Shown here piece after piece: positions 27,401 to 41,556 of a stretch of 64,000 nt of DNA (the stretch's first letter is position 1; each line of letters starts with the position of its first letter). Origin of the DNA: Octopus bimaculoides (Eukaryota). Position numbers and translations under genes: made by a program. The notes beneath the pieces are model-generated. The model was not told the origin of the DNA. It saw only the letters and a list, made by a program, of their open reading frames with translations, and made no database searches. The stretch spans positions 16,116,074 to 16,180,073 of the forward strand of contig NC_069005.1 of assembly GCF_001194135.2 (NCBI RefSeq), given 5' to 3'.

Positions 27401-30112
27401 AATGGAAAATAGGTTGGTTTCAAAACATGTCCATGTCATAAAAGCAAAGTTTAAGCAAATGAGAAATAACACTAAGCAAAGACAAAAAGTTAAAATTTTG
27501 TTATTCAGCTAACTGAAGCTAATGAAACTAGGATTGCTAAAATATCATCATTGTTGTTTTAATTGTTAATGTCTCCATTCTTGCATGGATTAGATGGAAT
27601 TTCTTGAAGTAGATTTTCTACAGGTGGATGTTGCTCCAGTCACCAACCTTCACCTGTTTCCAAGCAAGGTAATGTTTCCCCACATCCAGATATACTTCTA
27701 CAGAAAAGTGAAAATAAACTACACTGCTTCTATGACAGTGATGCTCATTTACAAATATCATGTGATGCCAAAACAAGAAGACACAAACATATTGTTATGA
27801 ACCAAAAAAATTATACTCAGATAATTTCTCATTCATATATTGCTTTCTGGTTTTGCAAGTGAAAACGAAAAAATAAATGTTTATAGTCACATGACTGTTT
27901 AAAGCATAGGTGGTATGATTTTGGCATTTTTTTTACTGTGTGGGTGAACTATTAAGATTACTATTGCCCACATGGTGAGGTAGTTTGGGTTGGAAGTTCA
28001 TACTGGAAGCCAATGGTGATGAACAGGTGGTTCGAAGTTTGCTGGAAGATGATGTGAATGGTATTGTGTAGTAGTTGGTGCCATGCAGTCAATGTGAGCG
28101 ATGGTGCTAAGCAAATTCATGTGGAACAGTTGAGACAGTAATTGGTGTCGAGTGTGAAGTTGGTTTCAGCGGATGGTTTTGAACTGGCCACAAAAATACA
28201 GAACTTGGCAACATAAAGAATGAGGAATGGTACTGTGAATTCAGAAGTAACAACGGAGTCCAGATAAAGAAAGGATTAAAAAAATAAATCATTAGAGTGG
28301 TGAATAAAAGAAGAGCTCACAAGAAGAACTCTACACATTTCAGAGGTAAATGAAAGAACTCTCTAAAAACTCTCTAAAGAACTGTCTATTTATTCCATAA
28401 ATGTTATTGGCCTCTTAATTAAAGTACTTGTATTTTGATTATATTCAATGGTTTTGATTGTTATTTTCAACTCTTCTGACTTCTTTGACTACAGCACATT
28501 CCACTCTAAGCAAGTTGGTTTGCTGAGCTAGCCTGCGCAGTTTTCTGAGCTATCGAACACAGATTATTGGAGCCTGTTGTGTTGTTGATAGTACCAGGAG
28601 GTCGCGTGCAGTGTAACAATACATACACATGCATATATACACACATGTACATATATGCGTGCATATATATATATATTTACACATACACATGCAAATACAT
28701 TAAACATACACACACATGCATACAGATACATACAAACATATACATATATGTAGACAGACACACACACAAACACACACATTATGAGCTTCTTTCAGTTTCT
28801 ATCAACCAAGTTCACTTATAACGCACTGTTTGGTCCAAGGCTATAGTCGAAGACACTTGTCTAAAGTGCCATGCAGTGAGACCGAACCCAAAACCACATG
28901 GTTGGAAACAGAACTTCCTAACCGCACAGCATTGCTTCTACCTACAACAGTCATGTCTTTACCTTTAAGACTGAGGAAAAAATAAATTTTCTGTAGTTTC
29001 CAAGAAACCAGACCACACAATCAAGAAAATAAACATATAAAAATTAAAATGCCAATTATGCCTAATATTTTGGAGATTGGCTATTAGATGTGTCGGAATG
29101 ATGAAAGTTGAAGTTAGGTGGAGAGAAGGGTGGGCAAGAGAGAAAATTAACTCCATCTTATTGTGATTGATGAAAATCAATAAGTAACATACTTCAATCA
29201 AGAAAAAAATCATTGATTATCATTTGGTGTCATCTCAGAAGGGAATTGCAGCAGGATGAGTCAACAAAACGCTGGACTGGAGGTTGATGGGTCATATGTC
29301 AACAATAGGAAGTTATGTTTATATCTAATCAGTAGATACTGCATTGTATCTGCAGCCAAGATATTTTCTTCATAACTTAGTCTATGGTAATTGTAATACA
29401 AAGGAACCAATGAAAGAGCCTGTATGCACTCCTCCTAGAAATAGCAGCCAAAAATCTTCCTTGCATCACATTCCAGTATCTTCAACAGAGGAAGAACATA
29501 CATTAACCCTTCAGCATATCCGGCTCAAATATTCTACTTGTTTTATGCCAAACCTGACCAGATATGACCTCTCACATCTATTCTACAATGTCATTCTAAA
29601 ATGGATGTGGCTGTGTGGTAAGAAGCTTGCTTCCCAACCACATGGTTTCAGGTTCACTGTATGGCATCTTGAGCAAGTGTCTTCTACTAGAGTCTAAGGT
29701 CAACAAAAGCCTTGTAAGTGGATTTGGTAGATGGAAACTGAAAGAAGCCTGTCATATATATATAATATCTATGTGTATGTGTCATTCTTTCTCCCTGTAA
29801 CTTAGCAGTTCTGCAAAAGAGACTGACAGAATAAGTACTAAGTTTTTAAAAAATAAGTTTTAGGGTCAATTTGTTTGACTAAAAACCCTTCAAGATGGTG
29901 CTCCTTCACGATGGCCACAGTCAAATGACTAAATCAAGTAAAAGATAACAGAATCCAATAATCAAAATTTCAAAGCTGTGAGATAATTCATGATTAATTC
30001 AAAGCAATGTTAATAAATAAGCATTACATTTGACAGAGTAATCTGAATGCTAAACGGTTAAAAAACATAAATCTCACATAAATAATAACCCCTGTTTTAG
30101 CTTAATGTAGAC

Positions 30113-30711
30113 CAGTAGTTCTCAACCTGGGTTCATATGGTCCTTGTTAAAATTTATATGCAATTAACTGATTATACTTCTACAATACATAAAATATTTT
30201 TAATTTTTATACAATTTTTTTATAGATGGGCGCAGACGTGGCTGTGTGGTAAGAAGTTTGCTTTCCAACTACATGGCTTTGGGTTCAGTCCTACAGTGTG
30301 GCATCTTGAGCAAGTGTCTTCTACTATAGCTCCAGGCTGACCAAAGCCTTGTGAGTGTAGTCAGTAGATGGAAACTGAAAGAAGCCTGTCGTGTGCGTGT
30401 ATCTTTGTGTCTGTGCCCACCCCACCACCACCACCACCACTTGACAACCATTGTTGGTGTGTTTATGTCCCTGTAACTTAATGGTTCAGCAAAGAGTGAT
30501 AAAATAAGTACCAGGTTTTTAAAAAAAATATACTGGGGTCAATTCATTTGACTTTAAAATTCTTCAAAGTGGTGCTCCAGCATGGCCATAGTCTAATGAC
30601 TGAAACAAGTAAAAGATAATTTCCTAATAATAGGAGTTTTTAAACTTTGAATGGCTATAGGGGTCCAGTAATCAAAGGGGTTCATCAGTAAAAAATGGTT
30701 GAGATCCACTG
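30113..30711. mobile_element. hAT-type MITE with a nested SINE
   Basis: TIRs cagtagttctcaacc / ggttgagatccactg and a perfect 8-bp TSD atgtagac on both sides. Confidence 0.88.
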
Positions 30712-31876
30712 ATGTAGACAAACATGAATACAGAGACACACACATCATCATTTAGCATCCACTTTTCCATTCTTGCGTGGGTCACCAAGAATTTGTCGAG
30801 CCACATTTTATAGTTTGATGCCCTTCCTATTGCCAACTTTCACCTGTTTCCAAAGAAGGTAATATTTCCTCATGGCCAGACAGGTTTTCCATCAAAGACT
30901 GGAAACAAATAACACTACTTGTATGATGGCAGTGCTTGTTTAGAACTATCATGAAATGTTTAGACAAGAGTACACACAAACACATATATATATATACATA
31001 TATGCACACGCAACAAGCTTCGTCCAGTTTCTGTCTACCAAATACACTCACAAGCCTGGAGTTATATAGCAGTAGACACTTGCCAAAGGTGCTGCACATG
31101 TGATTGAAGCTGAGATCACATGGTTCAGAATCATACTTCTGAGCTACATAGCCATAGAGACATACATATACACAGACATACATACACATCAAGCAAAACA
31201 CAACACAAACCAGGCAAAATTAAATAAATATTACAAAACCAGGCTGTGGTGAAATAAGGACATAAGCACATTCAGTGCTACTGAAGTGCAGACAAAAAGC
31301 AATAAGTCATCTGGTGGACTGTTTCACAGTTTGCTGGCTGCTCCTCAGAGAAGACATACCTACATTTATATATATATATATTTGTGTGTGTGTGTGTGTA
31401 TTATGGCACCTCAAAGATCAAGGGACCCCATGTGACCTCAGGTGAATATTAATCAATTATCCGGGCCCATATATTAATGGGAGTAGCCATTGCAAGGTCA
31501 ACATTGTGAAGAGAGCCAAAATTCTTAAGGACTTATAAGAAACCTGGTGCATTAAACAGCTGTAAAGAAGTGTTTTCTAATTGTATCCACTTCAAGCACT
31601 ACTTACTGGAAAATTGGATCTCCCCATTTGCTAGTTAGGCCTCTTCGGGTCTATAAGGGATTTCCCCCACCACTCTGATTCAAGGGAGATAGCCTGTCTT
31701 CACTAAAGTCTTTTTGCTAAGCTATATTACTTGAGTTCTGAGCATTTCCTCACATCTGCGACGTAGATATTTTAAATTTTGTATTTATATAGAGTCTGAC
31801 AAGCTGTCCACAAGGCTTTGCTTTGTTGATGCAAAACCTTGGGTAACTTTATGTCCAAGATATAAAATTTTTGATG

Positions 31877-31916
<40 letters not shown>

Positions 31917-32213
31917 CAATAACATTCTCTCACACACACGCACCTTTGTTTTGGGATCACCTCTTTTTTGTTATCTCCCCTTCTTCTTAACTCTCCTGTG
32001 TGATCCTTCTGTCCGGTATTCACCATGATAGATCACTGACCACTACACTTATATTATTTTTTTTCTCTCCTTGTTTCTTTCTGTGTTCTTTTCTGTTGAA
32101 GAGCATAGGCTTGAAACGTTAAAGACTTTCTCTATTCCCAAACGTTATACTAATACATCCATTTGTTGTTTACACCACCTCTCTTTGTCTGCTGTTTTTT
32201 CTTAAATTCTCCC

Positions 32214-32248
<35 letters not shown>

Positions 32249-32429
32249 TACACACAATGGGCTTCTTTCAGTTTACGTCTACCAAATCCACTCTCAAAGC
32301 TTTGGTCAGCCCAAGGTTACAGTAGAAGACACTTGCCCAAGATGCCACGTAGTGAGACTGAACCTGGAACCATGTGGTTGGGAAGGAAACTTCCTACCAC
32401 ACAGCCACATCTGTGTGTGTGTGTATATA

Positions 32430-33204
32430 CACCATATATACTTGTGTAATAGTCAATCTCATGTAAATCTCATGTGTAATAATCAATCTCATGTAAACTC
32501 CCTATTTTTGACCCCAAAATTGGGAATTTTCCATAGATCCCGTGTAAAAGTCAACCCTAGTATTTCAGAAACAGCAGGACAACATTTGTGGGTCAAGGTA
32601 CTGTATTATCATGTATGTAGAAACAACACTTACTAAATTGTGTGGCTACCTTACTGAAGCCTGCTCTATAAGCTTGTTGCTTATAGTAAAACACCATTTA
32701 ATAGTGAGCACTACACAGCTGTTGATGGGTGCTGCATCACCATTAATAAAACGTATGCACAAGATATGCTGCAATCCTACTTACATCTTCAAGCACAATA
32801 AACACATGCATCACACACTCATTGTTTAAACTGTGAGAAACGTGTTTCACAGACAGCACGATTGGTGAACACTGGCAAATGCCATTGTCTGAATTCATAC
32901 AAAGGCAAGACTTTAGTAAGCCTAAAAACATTCAATTAATCATGAGATCAGTGGTTCCCATGCAACCTTTATATTTTACTAGGACGTGTTTTGATGCACA
33001 GAATTGGTAATATTACTGTAATTCATTGTGTTTTTGTTTTTATTCACTTAAAGATCAGTAGGTCTTCTGCTGTTGATACGGTAATTTGGATTCTAGCTTG
33101 AATTTCAGCCCCTCAAAAGTAGTATCCATGTAATAGTCGACCCCATAAATTTGACCTTAAAAAATGGTGTAAAAAATTCAATTTTTACATGAGTATATAT
33201 GGTA
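32430..33204. mobile_element. Non-autonomous pogo/Tigger-type element
   Basis: TIRs accatatatacttgtgtaa / ttacatgagtatatatggta. Confidence 0.75.
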
Positions 33205-33205
33205 T

Positions 33206-33289
<84 letters not shown>

Positions 33290-33294
<5 letters not shown>

Positions 33295-35196
33295 AACCCC
33301 AGTACTCGATCAGTACTTATTTTATCAACCCTGAAAGGATGAAAGGCCAAGTCGACCACAGCAGACTTTCAACTCAGAATGTGAAGACAGATGAAATGCC
33401 ACTAAGCATTTTGCCTGGCATGCTAACGATTCTGCCAGTTCCCCACCTTATGTTCTGATAAAATTTAATAACTTTTAATCCAGGTATGGGGGTTGCTAAT
33501 TTTGAGTGTTTTGTGAATCTAAACAACTTTATCATGTGATAGGTACTTTATGTCATCAACTCCAGTTAGGCCCAAAAGGATTTGAACTCAGAAGATAAAG
33601 GGACATAATTAGATGCCACAAAATATTTCCCATCACAACTAAATCTGACATTTGCCTTCCTTATAATAATAATCCTTTCTACTATAGGCACAGCAAGTTT
33701 TATCAGCCCTACAAGAATGAAAGGCAAAGTCAACATTGGCAGAATTTGAACTCAGAGACAGATGAAATGCTGCTAATGATTCTGCTAGCTCTCTGCCTTA
33801 ATAAAAATAAAATAATAACTGTTTCAAATTTTGGCACAAGGTCAGCAAGTTTAGGAGGTGGAGGTTCATCTATACCATAGACCCTAATACTTAACTGGTA
33901 ATTTATCTTATCAATCCCAAATAATAATGATGCACTACCAGGCAATGGTCCTCATGGCTTCTGATCTTAACTGATTGGAAGTGTTATCATGTACACTGCT
34001 TTGTCTTGGTATAAAAGATGTGCTACAGCAAATATTCTGCTCAATACCGCAGATTTGCTTGTCAGTTGTTTGACCTTAACCAGTTGAGCATGTCCCTTAG
34101 TGGCTGATGATATGTGCATCTCTGATCAAGAGCAGAAGTAGTGGTGGAACATCATAGCCATGTGTTGAGAGGAATTCTTTAGGGTTTGAATAATTCACCT
34201 CTGGAAACATGGGTGTTTCATTCAACATCCTTAAACAAACCTTATTCAGGGACCTTTTGAGCAGGATGAGCAACTCAACCTGAAGAAAATTCTAACTGGG
34301 TGCCACCTGCAAGGTTATGCACTGTTTATCTTGATAGGAGATCACTATGTCGCATACATATGGTTGTGATGCATGTGTCTGGTGTACCTTTATGAGATGG
34401 GTAGTCATGATGGGTGTATTGATCTTATATTTTACCCCAGTGTCACTTTGATAGCATGCACAGCTCTCTCACTCAATCATAATAATATTCCTTTCTACTA
34501 TAGGCACAAGGCTGGAAATTTGGCGGGAGGGGCTAATTGATTACACTGACCCTTATTACACTGATACTTATTTCATCAATCCCAAAAGGATGAAAGTCAA
34601 AGTTTACCTCTGTGGAATTTGAACTCATAATGTAAAAACAATAATAATAATTTCAAATTTTGACACAAAGCCAGCAATTTTGGTGAGGGGGTAAGTTGAT
34701 TGCATCAACTCTAGTACTCAACTGGTACTTATTTTACTGACCCTGAAAAGAGGGGACTAGTCAATTACATCAACCCCAGTGTTCAGCTGGTACTTATTTT
34801 TTATCAATCCTGAAAGGACAAAAGGTAAAGTTCACCTTGACAGAATTTGAACTCAAAACATAGAGACAGATGAAATGCCACTAAGCATTTTGCTCAGCAT
34901 TCTAACGATTCTGCCAGCTCATCACCTTAATAATAATAATCCTTTCTGCTATAGGTACAAGGCCTGAAATTTTAGGAGAGGGGGCTAGTTAATTACATCA
35001 ACCTCAGTGTTTCACTGGTACTTAATTTACTGACCCAAAAAGGATGAAAGGCAAAGTCGACCTCGGCGGAATTTAAACACAAAATGTAACAGCAGGCGAA
35101 AAACTGCTAAGCATTTCGCCCGGCATGCTAACAATTCTGCCAGCTCACCGCCTTAATAATAATAATAATAATAATAACAATAATAATAATAATAAC

Positions 35197-35230
<34 letters not shown>

Positions 35231-35260
35231 GTTTCTAATTTAAACTCAAGGCCAAAGAGT
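33290..35260. repeat. Cluster of tandem tRNA-derived SINEs separated by (AAT)n
   Basis: Repeated ...aaaggatgaaaggcaaagtcgacc...gaatttgaactcagaa... units. Similar clusters at 14720-15140 and 38990-39660. Confidence 0.85.
33930..34480 (+). repeat. Dispersed repeat family (gcaaatattctgctcaata...); partial copies at 48500-48720 (+) and 27200-27370 (-)
   Basis: Three alignable copies in the window. Confidence 0.8.
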
Positions 35261-36364
35261 CTTCTTTTTGTGGGGGCTGTGGATATGTGCCCATCCATGC
35301 AAGTAATCATCTTTCAAATTCCTACAACTACAAGAAGTTCAATTTTATCTTGAAAACATTGTGTGCACACATTTTTCTCTCCCCTTTGTACACAAGTTAT
35401 GAAGGCATGCACACACAGAAGTTCACAGCTCACAGGAAACACTGCCCAAAGCCACAAATTTCTGAGAGAGGAGGTCAATGAATGACATCAAATCCAATTC
35501 TTGACTCGTACTTTATTTCATCGACTCCCCCACCCCATCCATCACCACCACCATTGAAGGAATGAAAGGAAAAGTTGACTGATCTCAGCAAGATTTGAAC
35601 TCAGAACAAAGAGACAGAAGAAATATGATAACACATGTTTTCTGGTATTCTAACAAGTCTGCCAGTTAACCCTCCTTAAAAGCAATGAAAACAACAATGA
35701 ACTTGATAGGAAAAGCAACTAATAGGAAAACTAATAGTAAAAGCAACCAACTATTCCTTAAATTACACATGAAGAGAGAGAGAGAGAGACTCATTAGATT
35801 ATGTAGCCCTAGTTATAAAAAAGAGAAGAGAAGGTCATGAGTGGGAGAGCCTTTGATCATAGGCTTAAGCTCTAGACCAGGCCTGACTGAGTAAACAATA
35901 ACAACATATTGACAACTGTTGAGACCTCAAGCAAACATCATATTCTAAATTTAAAATGAATCTACATAAATTATAGGCATAGGCATGGCTGTGTGGTAAG
36001 AAAAAGTGTGCTGCTTCTTATCACATGGTTCCAGGTTTGGTCCCACTGTGTGGCATTTTGGGCATCTTCTACTACAGCCTTGGGCTGATCAAAGCCTTGT
36101 GAGTGGATTTAGTAGAAGGAAACTGAAAGAATCCCATCATGTGTGTTTATGTTTGTCCCCCACCACTGCTTGACAACCAGTGTTGGTTTCTTTATGTCTC
36201 CATAACTTAGTGGTTTGGTAAAAGAGATTGATAGAATAAGTACCAAGCTTAACAAAAAACAAGTACTGGGGCTGATTCATTTGATTAAAAATTCTTCAAG
36301 GCAGTGCCCCAGCATGGCCGCAGTCTAATGACTGGAACAAGTAAAAGATAGAAGATAAAATTAC

Positions 36365-36418
36365 CTTAAGCATTTGATACAGATATCTTAGTAAATGAAA
36401 TATGGCATCCAAAGTTGC
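36365..36418 (-). CDS. Minus-strand gene exon (ATLDAIFHLLRYLYQMLK)
   Basis: Acceptor tttatctag|GCA, donor AAG|GTAATT, 54 nt, phase 0-0. Confidence 0.75.
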
Positions 36419-36541
36419 CTAGATAAACTTTCAAAAGTCGATAAGGTACTCGTCCAGGACAATCGATAAGCAGAATGTTAATACAACAGAAAAGAAAACT
36501 TGGCATATCTGTACATTCTGAGTTCAAATTACACCTGTTAC

Positions 36542-36634
36542 TGGCAAAAAAATATTGATAGACTTGAGAAGTCTCCTTAAATAAATGTCTAGGTATTTCA
36601 ACTGATCACTGGTCATAGCATCTGGTAAGGGAGA
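36542..36634 (-). CDS. Minus-strand gene exon (SPLPDAMTSDQLKYLDIYLRRLLKSINIFLP)
   Basis: Acceptor catttgcag|TCT, donor CCA|GTAACA, 93 nt, phase 0-0, open frame. Confidence 0.7.
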
Positions 36635-37124
36635 CTGCAAATGGCTAGTACAGACAGAAAGATAACAGGGTAACGCCATTAGTAGGAGAGGTTACGAAAC
36701 TAAAGGAGGAGGATTAAATATTGCAACTGAATAAATCAGGGGAAGTTAAGTTAAATTAAGAGAAGTTAAAAGTATTTAAGAATAAGACAATAGGTGAAAA
36801 GGTGTAAAAATTGAAAAAGTTAAAGAGAGAAATTTCTTCTTTCTGTATTATGTCATAACCATATAGCCCAAGATACACCAGCACATTAACTGCAAAATGA
36901 CTTTCAAGGCCTGTGCACTAAATGAATGATGAGGTATTTAGAAGATATAAAGGAGATAGAATACATGTAAAAGGAACAAACAAGAAAAAAGAATTGATAC
37001 AAAAAAAAATACAAGAGAGAGAGATAAAGAGAGAAAATAAATGTGTGTGTGTGTGCGTGCGTGTGTGTGTGTGTGTGCAAGAGAGACCAAAGTGTCGGCT
37101 AGTTTCAGTAAGGAATTTTCTTAC

Positions 37125-37367
37125 CTCAAATGAAGATAAGGCAGAAGACTCAGACAGAAGGTTCCCCCAAATGAAAAGGTCCTCGGTCGGATCAAGCTGA
37201 GAGATGCTTTTCCAACTTGGAGGGTAATCCTCGATTTCTGAGACATCGTCCGTTGTGTCTAACTGTGACACATCATCGGCTGTGAGATCATTTTCAGTCC
37301 CTTCCACTTCCTCCTCCTCTTCCACTTGCTCCCTTATAGGTGGAAGAACATAGCGCTGGTACTCCAT
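37125..37367 (-). CDS. Minus-strand gene, exon 1 in window (81 aa, acidic: MEYQRYVLPPIREQVEEEEE...SSALSSFE)
   Basis: Open 243-nt non-repetitive frame ending GAG|GTAAGA (phase 0). The ATG is preceded directly by TAG, which is either an in-frame stop or an AG acceptor. Confidence 0.75.
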
Positions 37368-38758
37368 CTATTCCTTATGTTTATTCATTTATTTATTTAC
37401 AGTGACATCACAAACAACAACAAAACACAAAAGGAAAAGGAACACGAAAAATTCTGAGTTAAACCCATCTCAAATAGTTTCAGAAAAGGAAAGAAAAATA
37501 AATAAATATCCAAGAGAGAATCACGAAGACATCTTGTTGCTGGGATGTAACTTGGCATAAAATAGGGTGTACATGATTTTTTTTTCTGTGTGTGTGTGTA
37601 TGTGTGAGTGTGTATAATTTTTTGTTGTTATTTTTTCTTTTGTTTGCTGGCTGTTTATAATTTAAATAAACAAGGCCCAACAAATATAATGATGATGATG
37701 ACAACAGTGATGAAATATTTAACAAGGACACAACTACCCTTACATGTACAAATGAAAATTCTCAAGATACATATTTAGGTTGCATTTTTTTAGTATCATT
37801 AGCCATCTTCTTTTTTTATACGTATCTCTGTTTTCTTTTAATTACTTTCCAAATGATAACAGGCTCATTTATTCAGATCCACATATTGAATAAATCACAG
37901 TAGCTTTTTGATGTTTATATTACTGTTGGTGGTGTTGTCATGTTTATTTATCTATTTATTGAAATTTATTTTGTTTTCTTCTATGTCTAAAGTCATGACA
38001 GGTTAGCATCAAATAAGTGAAAACAGAATTTACAAAGGTAATACAAATATATTTATGAGTCCCAACACAGATTAAAAGGTAATATAATTATATTATGTGA
38101 AGGAGGGGGAAGTGTATAAAATAAAATAATAAAAACAGTATCTAAAAAAAAAATACATGCTTTCGCAATGTAAATATAGTGCAAGTCATTTAGATGGAAA
38201 CTAAAATATATAGAAAAATAAATAGGATTATCTTCACTAACTAAGAGATAAGGATTAAGACAATATATGCAAGTAGGCTAAACAAAATATCGGATGAAAA
38301 AATAATACATTCGTTTTTAGATTATTTAGTTCTAACTATTATATGTAGGACCATACTGGAGCACTGCTTTGCACATTGAAACTCCCTGATCTACAACACT
38401 GAAGAGACAATGGTGTTTAGTTGAGATTTTCAGTATGATGTTGGTTTCTCTTGGTGATAAATTAGGTTAAATACTTTTAACCATAAGTGTCTGACTGATC
38501 AGAACTGACATAAGATTAAATAACAACAAAAACAAGACTCAGTAGTAATCTTTTATATTTTACTTTGTTTCAGTCAGACTGTGGCCATGCTGGGGCACTG
38601 CCTTGAACAATTTTTAGTCAAATGAATCAACCTCGGTACTTATTTTTCCTTAAGCCTGGTACTTGTTCTATTGGTCCCTTTTGCCAATCTTAAGTTACAA
38701 GGACATAAACAAAGCAACACCGATTATCAAGTGGTGATAGGAGACAAAAACACACACA

Positions 38759-38790
<32 letters not shown>

Positions 38791-39177
38791 ATGGGCTTCT
38801 TTCAGTTTCCATCTACAAGATCCACTCACAAGGCTTTGGTCAGCCCAAGGCTACAATAGAAGACACCATGCAGAGGGACTAAATCCAGAACTATGGGGTT
38901 GGAAAGCAAACTTCTTACCACAGCCAAATATTTAAAATTCAATATTTATCAGTAAATTACTAACTATATATAGCAACAAATTATGGTATTTAGCAATAAC
39001 AATTTAGGATATGTAATATTAATTCTTTCTACTATAGGCGCAAGGCCTAAAATGTTGAAGGAGGGTACAAGTTGATTACATTGACCCAAAGCTCAACAGT
39101 TATTTTATCAACACCGAAAGGATGAAAGGCAAAGTCAACTACGGTGGAATTTGAACTTTGAAAGCAAAGCTGGAGAA

Positions 39178-39229
<52 letters not shown>

Positions 39230-40284
39230 GTTTCAAATTTTAGCACAGAACCAGCAATTTAGAGGGTAGATGAGTAAGCTGATTAAATTGATTCCAGTGA
39301 TCAACTGGTACTTATTAACCCCCAAAAGATGAAAGGCAAAGTCAACTTCAGCAGAATTTGAACTCTGAACATAAAGACAAAATTCCGTTAAGCATTTTGT
39401 CTAGCATGACAACAATTCTGCCGGCTCGCCACCTTAATAATAATCCTTGCTACTAAAGGCACAAGGCCTGAAATTTTGGGAAGGGGACTAGATGATTACA
39501 TCAACCCTAGTACACGACTAGTACTTATTTTACTGACCTTGAAAAGATGAAAGGTAAAGTCGACCTCAGCACAATTTGAACTCAGAATGTAGAGACGAAG
39601 GAAATGCCGCTAAGTATTTTGCCCAACATGCTAATAATTCTGTCAACTCACCACCACAATAATAATAATAATAAAACTCAGAGAAAGGAAGAGGAGCAGC
39701 AAGGGAAAAAATAGTGTCAGAATAAAATAATTAGCAGTTAGAATAAAAGAATTGTTAGCTGTCTTTCTTGGTGTGATAGACAGAAGAGCTGACTTGAAAA
39801 AAAAAGTAAAATATTTCAAGAACAAAAGCAAATATTCTATAAAACATAGAAAGTGAAACACACAAAAAAAAAACTGAACAAAACTAAGATGACTAATGAG
39901 TGAAAAACTGAACAATCAATACTAATCTTTTTACTATGAGACAGACAGACAGACAAAGAAGCAGAGAGAGAGAGAGAGAGAGATAAGTATTGATGTGGTT
40001 AGTTTATTATGTAAACATTGTCATGAAACTATTTATAAGATTATACTAAAAGGCAGTACAATAATAGAGCAGTAAATCTAAGAGGCTGATTGGTTGGTTA
40101 CATATTTATTGCAAGTGATACCCCTGCCATTTAAAAAACTAAAATACAAACATATATATTCATTCACTTTGTACACAAGTCAGCATGGGTTAGATGAATA
40201 CATATTTTTGAAGCATTGTTTTACAACCAGATGCCCTTCATGTTGTTAACTCTTAGCTGTTTGTTCGTTTTTTAATTTAAAATA

Positions 40285-41247
40285 TACTCTCCTTTATTTT
40301 CTACAATGCTCTTCCATCTATCTGGTAGACTTGCAAGGTCCCTCTTCCAAAATTCACTTGTCCGTGACAAAAAATACACCTCTAGTACTGTTCTGACCTC
40401 ATCTGCAAAATTCATATTTTTTCCGTCGAAATGATTTTGAAGACTGCAGAATAAATGTTAATCAGATGGGGCAATGTCCAATGAATATGGTGGGTGGGGT
40501 ATCATTTCCCATTCAAACTGCTCCTGCCTTTGGTATGACATGCTTGCTGCATGTGGCTGAGCATTATCCTGATGGAAGAACACCTTTTGTCTTGAAACCA
40601 AAGATGGTCATTTTTCTTCTAGCACTGACTTAAGCCACTCAAGCTGCTCATAGTAGATCTCCTCTGTTACTATTTGGTTTGGGTTTAAAAGTTCGAAGTG
40701 GACTAAACCTTTCATATCCCATCAAACAGAAAACAACACCATATGCAGGTAAAGACCTTCTTCAACCTGTGGTGCTGGTGTTTCGCCTTTCCCTACCAAC
40801 TGTCTTCAGTGCTTGACATTTTTATAGAGAACCCACTTCTCATCACTAATTACTATTTGGTCCAAAAAAAGATTCATTCGTGAGATGTGACAGCAAAGAA
40901 GAGCACACATTCACGCCCTGTGTGCAATTACTCAGAAAGTTTGTGAGGAACCCACTGACCCAATTTGCTGACTTTTCCGATGGCATGCAGGTATCAATGA
41001 ATGGTTGAATAACCAAATCCAAGCTTCTCTGCTAGTTCCTCAACAGTTACGATGGGATTTTGTCCACAGATCTTCCAGGATGAGGCTCATTTTCTAGACT
41101 ATATTTTCCAGCTCGGAATTTCTTGAACCACCGTTAACACTAGCTGATGCTTATTGTCTAATCCCCATATACTGCATTAATATTCCTTGCACTTTCCATT
41201 GTGTTGTTGCCTTTATTGAACTCATAAAGTAAAATATGCTGAACATG
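40285..41247 (-). mobile_element. Second copy of the same mariner family, truncated at both ends
   Basis: Colinear with about 10190-11185. Confidence 0.88.
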
Positions 41248-41556
41248 CAAGGTATCCCAGATTGACCCTGAAACAATTCTATCAATTTAATACTCCAGTT
41301 TGGTACTTTAGTTAACCCTAGAAGGATGTTCAAAACTGACTGCAGTGGATTTGAATTCAGAGTATTGTAAAACCTTCTATTCAATACTCTAATGATCTTG
41401 CCAATTTGTCATTAGAAATAAATAAATACCAGTGATACATCATCATGCAACACCTTGAGAAAGTATCTAATACTATAGCTGCAGGCCAGCAAATGCCATG
41501 TGAGTGAATTTGGTAGATGGAAACTGTGTGGAAGCTTATTGTGTATGTATATATAC

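Noticed and set aside
28962-28989. Minus-strand candidate exon KIYFFLSLK with a GTAAAG donor
   Set aside because: Phase 0-1 with no convincing downstream 1-0 partner before 15735; left unassigned.
29344-29697. 117-aa plus ORF
   Set aside because: Runs through a known repeat and a SINE head, with no splice-consistent partner.
31607-31650. Minus-strand candidate exon TRRGLTSKWGDPIF with a strong GTAAGT donor
   Set aside because: Purine-rich acceptor and phase 0-2 with no partner exon found. The plus strand nearby looks more like a decayed LINE C-terminus.
32743-32931. 62-aa minus ORF with an internal GTAAGT
   Set aside because: Lies inside the TIR-bounded pogo-type element 32430-33204.
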